Under the pieces are notes generated by a model that was given only the letters and a program-made list of their open reading frames with translations, ran no database searches and was not told the origin of the DNA. From Candidatus Krumholzibacteriales bacterium (GTDB taxonomy: Bacteria; Krumholzibacteriota; Krumholzibacteriia; Krumholzibacteriales; WJIX01), in NCBI GenBank assembly GCA_046483305.1, contig JAWODM010000014.1, positions 63,925 to 127,924 of the forward strand: DNA of 64,000 nucleotides, written 5' to 3'. This document shows, in pieces, positions 20,701 through 27,947 of this stretch (within the stretch, counting starts at the first letter, position 1; the number at the start of each line of letters is the position of its first letter). A program made the translations under genes and the position numbers.

Positions 20701-23700
20701 ACTGTTCTATCCAGGGCCTGGTCGAGGAGTAGAATCCCAGATCGCGTCCCAGCAGGAACAGCTTCTTCTTGGCTTCGCTGGTTCCGCTCTCCAGGAAGGC
20801 CGCCAGATCGTTCTGCTCGGTGGTGGTGAGACTGCCCGTTTCGTCGAGTACGATCACCTTGTAAAGACCAAGCTGTTCCGGAGTTAGCCATCCCTGATCG
20901 TAGTGGTTCCAGTAATCGGCCTGGTGGCCGTTGGCTTGGAGCGCCTCGCGGAACATCTCGAGAGGCGTTCCGTAGTTTGTCCCGATCATAACCAGCACGT
21001 CCGCCGAAGGCAGTATGGCGAATTCGTGCGTATCATCGGGCGCGCCGGCGGGATCGAAGCTTACGTTCTCCTCCGAGGAGGTATCCACCGCCTTGATATA
21101 GAATTTGACCTTGGTCCCGTTCGCCTGGCCGGGTATGTCGCCGGACCATTCGTCTCCGGAAACCAGAGTCATGGGGATTTCCATGAAAGAGGCTCCATCG
21201 TCCACCGAGTAGAAGATGGATACACCCGCCACGTCCGAAAGCGGATCCATAACGTGAGTTGCCACGGTGTACGGCCCGGTATTGTCGAAGGTGCTGGGAG
21301 GCACTTCCGTACCGCTTATGACCGGCGGAAAATTATCCGCCGACGAACTTCTGACCATCACGTCGTCGATGTACCAGCCAGGTTTGTAAACGCTTCCGTC
21401 GCTTCCGAAGTGGAAGCGGAATATCACCTCTGATCCGGCGTATGAGGAGACGTCGAACAGCTCCTTCTGCCAGAACTGGTTGTCATACCCGGTAAAGCAG
21501 TCCTCTCCGGGTATACCGGCGTTTCCGCTTCGCGCGGTTCCGTCATACCCTCCCATGGGGGTGAGTACCGTCCAGGTCTCTCCTCCGTCGGTGGAGACCT
21601 TGACGTTACCGCCGTCGTAATTTGTTTCAATGGAGTACCAGTGCCAGAACGACAGCATGGCGTAAGGCTGGCTGGCATCCAATGTAATCGGGATAACATC
21701 CAGAGTGGCGTTGGACGAATTTGGATAATTGTCTTCCAGGCCGGTAGCCCAGACGTTCTCTCCCGAATTCGCTCCGCCTGGTCCGGTGGTGGGGGGACCC
21801 CATTCCCAGACATCGCCGCTCTGGACGAATCCGCCGTCGTCGGGCTCGAAATCCCACAGGAAGTACTCCACTATCTCGAAGCTGTAGGTCCCGTTTTCGG
21901 GAACTCGTGCGACGTTGCCGTGATACGATTCATCCATAGCCAGGATGTAGTAATCATAAATGTCCCCGACCTCGGAAGGCCCTGGGATCGCTCCCTGGTA
22001 TGATCCGTCTCCCATCAGAGTCATCGACTGCCTGTGGAACATGCCTCCGTTCTTCGAGTACATCAGAAAGACCGATTCGACTCCCAGGTTGTCCTCGATA
22101 AGGGCTTCCACATAGTAAGGCCCTTTAAGGTTATTGGTGTCGTAATGCCTCTGGTGAGTAACGGCTGGAGCTTCTTCGTCCCAACCTACGGTGAAGGTAT
22201 GGACGTTCACTGGAGCTCCGATCGGATCGGTTGTGGTATGCCCTTCAACGTCCGAAGCGGTCAGGTAATAGGCCACTTCCGTGCCCAGGGGCTGGGCCGG
22301 AATGCTGGCCGAATATTCATCTGGAACTCCGGTTGGTTCCAGTGGCACCGTAACCGGTCCCGCCCCGGCGTCGTAGATCAGGGCGAAGGTTGAGGGATCC
22401 AGATCAAAGTAGCTGGATGTTATGTACGCCGTGACCGGATACGGGTCGGTGGTGTTCTCGGTGCTGCTGAGCGGAGTATGGGCGATATCCGGGTATCCCA
22501 GAAGCCAGTCCAGTATCCTTCCCATCATTCCGTGACGGTCGGCCTCATTGTCTATCGCTTCGAATCCGAAGGCGAAATAGACCAGCTTGTAGGTCCCGTT
22601 ATCCACAGACAGGGCCGCCGTTCCGGAGCTACTGATGGAACCGGCTCCGACATCGCCTTTGGACATGTCGTGAGCGGAGACCGCTCCACTGGGAACCGCC
22701 TCATCATAGAAGAGAGCCGATATCGCCGGATAGACGGGATCTATCTCGGAAGGATAGCCCTGGTTATTGGCTCCGTCGCCTCCCTCTATGCCGAAGGAGA
22801 ATCCGGCGCCGACCGGGCTGCCTTCTGATCCGGCTACCCCGCCAAGCCCTACGTCGTCCTGCACGTATTCGGCGTGGAGGTAATTAGAGTAAAAGTCCTC
22901 ATCCTTGATATCGTATCCGATATCCTGGCCTGATATGAAGAGCCGTCCTCCCCCATCCAGATACGCCGCGATATTGGACTGATCATCGGCTGAAAGCGTA
23001 GTGGTGTAATCGTTTCCTGTCAGCCAGACCACCGATTCGAACATCGACATCTCGGCGGCGCCGGGCGGAGTCGATACTGTCAGGTAAGACCTTCCAGCCG
23101 CCGTGATGGCGTCCTCGTACCAGGTCTGGAACGAACCGCCTCCGTCGTCATCGACCAGGAGGACCTGGGCCGCTCCAAGCTGGATGTCCTGAGTGGTGAT
23201 CATGCCTTCCAGGACTTCCACTCCGGTAACTGTAGTGGCCGGATAGGGGAAAACGGGCGAATAGACCAGGTCGTAGGTGCCCACCGGCAGCGTTATGCTG
23301 TATTCGCCTGTTACCGGGTCGGTGCTGCTCCAAACTACCGCTTCTCCCGCCAGCCTGACGGAAATATCCGCTTCTATTCCTCCTCCTGAATTCTCGTCGG
23401 TTACGTACCCGGCGATAGTGCCGGAAGGAAGCTGATTCAGCGTAACATCAAAGGTCGTCGTCTCGTCGGCCGTTATTGTGACAATATCCGTCCCCGTCTC
23501 GTATCCGAACCTTGAGATCTCTATCGGATGGCTTCCGGCGACTGCCTGCATACTGAATGTTCCGTCCGGACCGGAGTATACTTTCTGTCCGGTGTCGGTC
23601 AGTATTATCATCGCGTTCTCGACGGTTCCTCCCACCGAACTGTATATGGTCCCCTCCAGGGTTCCCACGCCGGAGAGCGCCGCGGTCACAGCGGCGTAGG

Positions 23701-25120
23701 CATTGACCCGCCCCCAGCCGTAGGTGTTATCCATTCCTGGATCGCCCAGTTCCAGGGCGGTCTGAGCGACCAGCTGCTTGGCAATCTCGACATCGATGGT
23801 GGGATTCGCCTGATACATCAGGGCGGCTGTTCCCGCCATATGGGGAGCCGCCATGGAGGTTCCGCTCCATTCGAATCCCGCTCCGTACCACTGCCAGTCG
23901 CCGCCCGGAACGGAGGAATAGATCTTGACTCCGGGAGCGGAGATATCCGGCTTGGTGTACGTTCCGACATACGGCGGATCGTTCCATGTTACCGGCCCGC
24001 GGCTGGAGAAACTCGCGATCACGTCAGAGCTATCCGTCGCTCCGACTCCGAAAGCGCTGGGAACGTTACCCGGACTGCCCGTGGTGGCGGACCCCGGCCC
24101 CGCGTTACCTATCGATATCGCGGGAAACACGTTGGCAGCTATCATGTTATCAACAGGCGTAATCATAGCCGAATGGGTCCCGGTCGCGCCCAGCGACATA
24201 TTCACGATATCGCATCCGTCATCTGTGGCGGGGTCGCCGTCGGGATCGATGATCCATTCCATCCCGCCGATGACCTGGGCGAACGTTCCGCTTCCGCCGG
24301 GGAGGACCAGGGCGTGCATCAGCTGAGCGCCCGGAGCCACGCCGATATCATACCCGCTGGCGTTGCCGCCTATCATGGTTCCCGAGGTATGAGTGCCGTG
24401 TTCGTCGGAATCGTGAGGCACCGAACCCGGGACTATATTTCCGTCCGAGTCGAACTCCGCCCATCCTCCCGGATAGGTTGGATCCGACGGATTACTGGTC
24501 ACCATCTTCCCTGAAAGATCGGGATGGCTTATGTCCACTCCGGTGTCGATTCCTCCGATAACAACTCCGGTTCCGTTCAGTCCGTAACTCGACCAGACCT
24601 GTTTTGCTCCGATCTTATCAATCGAGTCCCAGAGCTGGTTCTGGCTCTGTTGCAGAAGAGGCCTGCTGCTTTCCTCTTGCGGGGGAAGCGTGACTGTGAA
24701 GTTCTCGAACACTTCCAGCACGTCGGGCCTTTCGGCGAGCTGTGTGATTACCTCTGGTTTGGCCCGGACCAGCACCAGGTTATCCAGCCAGAACTGTCTT
24801 ATCTTCTTTACTTTGGGGGATACCCCGGTTGACTTGAGAAACCTGACAAGTTGCGCCTGGCTTCTGCGCTTGGTATCCCTCAGCTTGTTCATCACTGCCG
24901 GCCCGTTGCCTCTGATCAGCTGGATGTCGGCAGTTTCCTTCATCTTTACTATTGCGGTTACTTCACCTGTAGCTCCGGCCGCCTCTATCTGCGTCCTGAG
25001 CTTCGGGCTGATCCTGACCTTTTTGCCTTCCTCGGCGTCCGCCGAATTCAAGGAAGGGAGCACCAGGAGCAGGACCAGAAAAAGCGCCGCACAGCTGAAA
25101 CGTCTTATACTTGAAAACAT
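17756..25120 (-). CDS. giant S8 subtilisin-like serine protease (2454 aa) with repeated Ig-like, adhesin-like and alpha/beta modules and a T9SS/FlgD CTD
   Basis: Signal peptide; triad IDTG, HGTHTSG, GTSMAAPH; carboxypeptidase-regulatory-like repeats; CTD QNYPNPFNP...IYDVKGRLV...GIYFARF...KKMVLLR. Confidence 0.9.
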   Translation of the reverse strand: MFSSIRRFSCAALFLVLLLVLPSLNSADAEEGKKVRISPKLRTQIEAAGATGEVTAIVKMKETADIQLIRGNGPAVMNKLRDTKRRSQAQLVRFLKSTGVSPKVKKIRQFWLDNLVLVRAKPEVITQLAERPDVLEVFENFTVTLPPQEESSRPLLQQSQNQLWDSIDKIGAKQVWSSYGLNGTGVVIGGIDTGVDISHPDLSGKMVTSNPSDPTYPGGWAEFDSDGNIVPGSVPHDSDEHGTHTSGTMIGGNASGYDIGVAPGAQLMHALVLPGGSGTFAQVIGGMEWIIDPDGDPATDDGCDIVNMSLGATGTHSAMITPVDNMIAANVFPAISIGNAGPGSATTGSPGNVPSAFGVGATDSSDVIASFSSRGPVTWNDPPYVGTYTKPDISAPGVKIYSSVPGGDWQWYGAGFEWSGTSMAAPHMAGTAALMYQANPTIDVEIAKQLVAQTALELGDPGMDNTYGWGRVNAYAAVTAALSGVGTLEGTIYSSVGGTVENAMIILTDTGQKVYSGPDGTFSMQAVAGSHPIEISRFGYETGTDIVTITADETTTFDVTLNQLPSGTIAGYVTDENSGGGIEADISVRLAGEAVVWSSTDPVTGEYSITLPVGTYDLVYSPVFPYPATTVTGVEVLEGMITTQDIQLGAAQVLLVDDDGGGSFQTWYEDAITAAGRSYLTVSTPPGAAEMSMFESVVWLTGNDYTTTLSADDQSNIAAYLDGGGRLFISGQDIGYDIKDEDFYSNYLHAEYVQDDVGLGGVAGSEGSPVGAGFSFGIEGGDGANNQGYPSEIDPVYPAISALFYDEAVPSGAVSAHDMSKGDVGAGSISSSGTAALSVDNGTYKLVYFAFGFEAIDNEADRHGMMGRILDWLLGYPDIAHTPLSSTENTTDPYPVTAYITSSYFDLDPSTFALIYDAGAGPVTVPLEPTGVPDEYSASIPAQPLGTEVAYYLTASDVEGHTTTDPIGAPVNVHTFTVGWDEEAPAVTHQRHYDTNNLKGPYYVEALIEDNLGVESVFLMYSKNGGMFHRQSMTLMGDGSYQGAIPGPSEVGDIYDYYILAMDESYHGNVARVPENGTYSFEIVEYFLWDFEPDDGGFVQSGDVWEWGPPTTGPGGANSGENVWATGLEDNYPNSSNATLDVIPITLDASQPYAMLSFWHWYSIETNYDGGNVKVSTDGGETWTVLTPMGGYDGTARSGNAGIPGEDCFTGYDNQFWQKELFDVSSYAGSEVIFRFHFGSDGSVYKPGWYIDDVMVRSSSADNFPPVISGTEVPPSTFDNTGPYTVATHVMDPLSDVAGVSIFYSVDDGASFMEIPMTLVSGDEWSGDIPGQANGTKVKFYIKAVDTSSEENVSFDPAGAPDDTHEFAILPSADVLVMIGTNYGTPLEMFREALQANGHQADYWNHYDQGWLTPEQLGLYKVIVLDETGSLTTTEQNDLAAFLESGTSEAKKKLFLLGRDLGFYSSTRPWIEQYMRAAYVQDNPGYRELTGAPGEPIGANETFVISGSYPDETQRSEAYPGGVLVYQYTGEGTYLDREEIAGTYQKAGKEWDGVMPHDPQSIDAAAGIKYNGDKYRSVYFTFNFNYIQEPWRRAGIIDRTLKWFAAPEILHEPLHDTEDTLSTYTVAANVYSEYLDPNRINLIYDAGAGPVSLQMNPTANPDEYSADIPPQSYGTTVHYYISATNTDGNTSFHPSGAPDVQHSFEVTADITPPEIVHYPLPNTPDETGPYTVEATVTDNVGVDPAGVFLTYNKNGGANTTITMTNAGGDLYTGDIPGPAALGDVFNYYIRARDAAAVPNTAREPESGYHSFEIVDYYTWDFEATDGRFSSTGDWEWGEPTTGPDGANSGVNLWATQVGGTYSSSSNSKLETPEVIVPAGSSYAMLTFWQWYYIETNYDGGNIKISTDGGSTWSILTPDIGYNGTAKSYNAGIPNEPCFTGYNNDNWHQVTCDLTPYKGQEVIIRFHFGSDSWVNKVGWYIDDVSIMGAEDTEGPNFVSTTVPSSTFDTTGPYTVTTEVIDALGEVSSVQLHYSINEGGTWNAVAMSPTGNPDEYSGDIPGQASGTRIRLYLEAEDDGANTSFDPAGAPASYYEFGIMPSGDILVLLGGAGHTAPEVFQQAFTAAGRTADIWDWDELGVPATAILHSYDAVIVDESWYLSTTQMDTLGAFLSASDGESQKIWFLGRDLSYGSTARSWMEQYTGTAYVKDDPGWRQISSTPGDPIGAGETFTIQGSYPDEVKLSTTYSGGQVIYKWSGTGSSLDMFESREEMSAFYSKEGKEWDSKLWPMTPSGPDSAAAVRYIGPNHVSVYFTFNFTYIQEETRRAEILDRALDWMATASGTITMDADGREAVGDSDNVIPEKFTLWQNYPNPFNPVTTIRFGLPAGDQRQVSLKIYDVKGRLVKKVFKGMKEPGIHEFQWKGTNDNGSAVATGIYFARFVTEDVKITKKMVLLR

Positions 25121-25175
25121 TTTCTTTCCTTTCTGTGCTGAGCGCCGGCCTCGCTACCGCGCGCCGGCTGCTTTC

Positions 25176-25946
25176 TTAGCTCTTTTTCGTCTTGACGTCC
25201 TTGGTCTTTTTCAGGATCTCGAAGTAATTTATCTCAAAATCTTCGTACTCTCCGTAGATGCACTCTCCATCCGGGCTCGTGTCGGGGTCGTCGTAAGACA
25301 ACACTCCCCGCGCCCAGACCTTGGTCTCTAGCCGTTCGTTGCCTTCGGACATTCCATAAAGCAGAGCGGCATCGGGAACCAGGAACATGGTCATATAACT
25401 GATTTTCAATACAGCTTCATCCGTCGGGAAATAATCCTGCAGATTGATGGACTCGCAGATCATCTTCTCGTTCTGCCCCCAACTATTGTCCTGGTTCCAG
25501 TCCACCCAGAGTGAGACAGTAAGGTCCTTTTCGAATTCGCTGGCTAGCCGGCTGCTGGCATTGGGTATGTTAATATCCCACCATACCAGAGCCCATTTAT
25601 TGGGAAGCCAGAGATTGGCGTTCACGAACCAGATTCCGTCGCAGTCATCCGCGGATGCCCCCAGCTGTTCAATTCCCTTTTCCTTCATGTCGATCGTGGG
25701 ATATGGATCAGGAGCGGGACCGGGAGTGATCCCGGGGGGCAGGATCTCATCTTCTGATACAGTCTGGATCTCGCCGGACTGCAGAAACGTCTGCAGATCA
25801 ATTACATTTGAAGGCAAGTTCTCCTGGATCAGATAGATGGATTTTCCTGCCGGTTCCTCCAGGGCCATTTCCTGGGTGTGGAGGATGGAAAAGGAAAGAA
25901 GCAGACAGAGGAGGCACATGAACAGTAAGCTCAGTTTGTTGCGCAT
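25176..25946 (-). CDS. exported GEVED-domain protein
   Basis: Signal peptide; LWVDWNQDNSW...WARG...GEYEDF is a GEVED-type motif; Lys-rich tail; co-oriented 55 bp upstream of the S8 gene. Confidence 0.65.
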   Translation of the reverse strand: MRNKLSLLFMCLLCLLLSFSILHTQEMALEEPAGKSIYLIQENLPSNVIDLQTFLQSGEIQTVSEDEILPPGITPGPAPDPYPTIDMKEKGIEQLGASADDCDGIWFVNANLWLPNKWALVWWDINIPNASSRLASEFEKDLTVSLWVDWNQDNSWGQNEKMICESINLQDYFPTDEAVLKISYMTMFLVPDAALLYGMSEGNERLETKVWARGVLSYDDPDTSPDGECIYGEYEDFEINYFEILKKTKDVKTKKS

Positions 25947-26315
25947 CCTGTCACCCTCTTTCTACCGGGTCTCTTTCGAGACCGGTGATTTTGTTTCGAA
26001 AGTTCTACTTTCAGCCGTCTCTTTCTTCACCTCCTTTCACGGTGGGGATACTACGGCCGGGAGACATCGCCGCACATGTAATATCTCTGTTACTGCCGAT
26101 TTAGTTTCAGGTTTTTTGGCGAAACGATTCTGTAAGGATTCAATTAATCACAGCATGCAGCACAGTGTTAATGTCCCTTGATGCGGATTGTCAGATGTTT
26201 GTTTCCTGATGAGAGATAACAGAGCTAGTACTCGGCGCAGTCCCTGGTGCACTTTTCGCTTTCCCTGATTATACGGGAACCGATTGTAAAGTAGAATTTA
26301 GTAAATGTCAACTGG

Positions 26316-26338
26316 ATTAATTACAAGAAATTTGATTT
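26316..26338. repeat. right copy of the 23-bp imperfect direct repeat (ATTAATTACAAGAAATTTGATTT)
   Basis: 21/23 identical to 16606-16628. Confidence 0.55.
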
Positions 26339-26511
26339 CCTGAACAGCATGTATTCATTAACGGGAATAATAATTGTCATTAGCACTGCCGGGTCCGGCA
26401 ATCCCCGGTTTTCACTGCAAGGATGGTGAAATGTATAAAGAAGATAACGTAAACGTTATATCGAGCCTGTTCAATTGCTTGAATCATGTCTTGATCCCCT
26501 GCCCTGCCACC

Positions 26512-26540
26512 TTGACTCCGCCCGTTTACGGGATTATAAT
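26512..26540 (+). promoter_or_regulatory. sigma70-type promoter for thiC
   Basis: TTGACT-17nt-TATAAT, 30 nt upstream of the GGAGAGG-preceded TTG start. Confidence 0.7.
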
Positions 26541-26570
26541 TATATGTTATGACAATTGGAAGGAGAGGAA

Positions 26571-27884
26571 TTGACTGAATTTCAGAAAGCGATAAATGGC
26601 GAGATAACTCCCGCTCTCAAAGAGGTAGCCGGGACTGAATCTGTGGAAGAGGAAAAGCTCCGCAGACTGGTCGCGGAAGGCAGGGTAGTGATCCTGGGGA
26701 TGCTGCGGAAGCACTGCCGGATGATAGGTATCGGGGAGGGCCTTACCACCAAGGTTAATACCAATATAGGGACCAGCCCCGATCACGACGACCTTGAGAT
26801 CGAGCTTGAAAAGCTCCAGGTTTCGCTGAAGATGGGCACCGACGCGGTGATGGACCTTTCCACCGGCGGTGATATCGACCGGATCAGGCGGACCGTGCTG
26901 GATCAGTGCACCGTGCCGGTAGGGACAGTTCCGGTGTACCAGGCCGCCGTGGAGGCCTCAGGGCGGGGAGAGTCCATAACTGAATGCAGTGTCGACAATT
27001 TTCTTGATGTAGTAAGGCGTCATGCCGAGGACCGTGTGGATTTTCTGACCATACACTGCGGGCTGGTCTCCAGGCTGGCCAGAGAAGTGGCCAGGACCAG
27101 GGTGGCCGGGGTGGTCAGCCGGGGAGGATCTCTTCTTATGCAGTGGATGGCCAGGAACAACAGGGAAAATCCGTATTACGAATATTATGACTCTCTGCTG
27201 GATATCTGCGAAGAGCATGATGTGGCAATCAGCCTGGGCGACGGGCTGAGGCCCGGCTGCCTGGCAGATGCCAGCGACAGGCCGCAGATAGGCGAACTGA
27301 TGATGATAGGCGAACTGGTTGAGAGAGCCAGGGAACGGGGGGTGGCTGTATTCGTGGAAGGGCCCGGCCATGTACCCATGAACCAGATACAGGCCAACGT
27401 GCAGATCCAGAAAGCTGCCTGCGGCAATGCCCCCTTCTACGTGCTGGGGCCTATAGTTACAGATGTGGCTCCCGGCTACGATCACATAACATCCGCTGTC
27501 GGAGGGGCGATCGCCGCCTGGCACGGCGCCGATTTCCTCTGTTACGTTACACCCGCCGAGCATCTTCGCCTGCCCTCGGTTAACGATGTCCGTATCGGGG
27601 TGATCGCGGCCAGAATTGCCGCTCATGCCGGGGATGTCGCCGCCGGCCTTCCGGGAGCGGAAGAATGGGACCGGGAGGTATCCGGAAAGAGAGCGGAGCT
27701 CGACTGGAAGGGATCGCTGGAGAAGAGCATGGATCCTGAAAGGGCGGAGGAGCTTTACGACAGATCGCCCGGCGGGGAAGAGGAGCTGTGCACCATGTGC
27801 GGGGAGTTCTGCGCGATACGTGGCACCAGAAAGAGCAGGGAAGACTACCGGAAGGCCCGGGAAGCTGCGACGGAAAATAAATGA
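26571..27884 (+). CDS. thiC: phosphomethylpyrimidine synthase ThiC
   Basis: KVNTNIGTS, MDLSTGG, GTVPVYQ, SRGGS, GDGLRPG, EGPGH, YVTPAEHL and C-terminal CTMCGEFC. Confidence 0.9.
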   Translation: MTEFQKAINGEITPALKEVAGTESVEEEKLRRLVAEGRVVILGMLRKHCRMIGIGEGLTTKVNTNIGTSPDHDDLEIELEKLQVSLKMGTDAVMDLSTGGDIDRIRRTVLDQCTVPVGTVPVYQAAVEASGRGESITECSVDNFLDVVRRHAEDRVDFLTIHCGLVSRLAREVARTRVAGVVSRGGSLLMQWMARNNRENPYYEYYDSLLDICEEHDVAISLGDGLRPGCLADASDRPQIGELMMIGELVERARERGVAVFVEGPGHVPMNQIQANVQIQKAACGNAPFYVLGPIVTDVAPGYDHITSAVGGAIAAWHGADFLCYVTPAEHLRLPSVNDVRIGVIAARIAAHAGDVAAGLPGAEEWDREVSGKRAELDWKGSLEKSMDPERAEELYDRSPGGEEELCTMCGEFCAIRGTRKSREDYRKAREAATENK

Positions 27885-27947
27885 ACGGCTGACCGGCTGA
27901 ACTGATGTTTGAAAATTATTCCAGTTGATATACAGGGGGCGGTGTGA

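Noticed and set aside
25950..26120. c-di-GMP riboswitch upstream of the GEVED gene
   Set aside because: A GAAA tetraloop is present, but the GGCAAA and GACGCAAA conserved segments are not.
26571..27884. BzaA/B/F benzimidazole synthase instead of ThiC
   Set aside because: The SRGGS, GDGLRPG and YVTPAEHL motifs look ThiC-typical and no cobamide biosynthesis genes are adjacent. A phylogeny would settle it.
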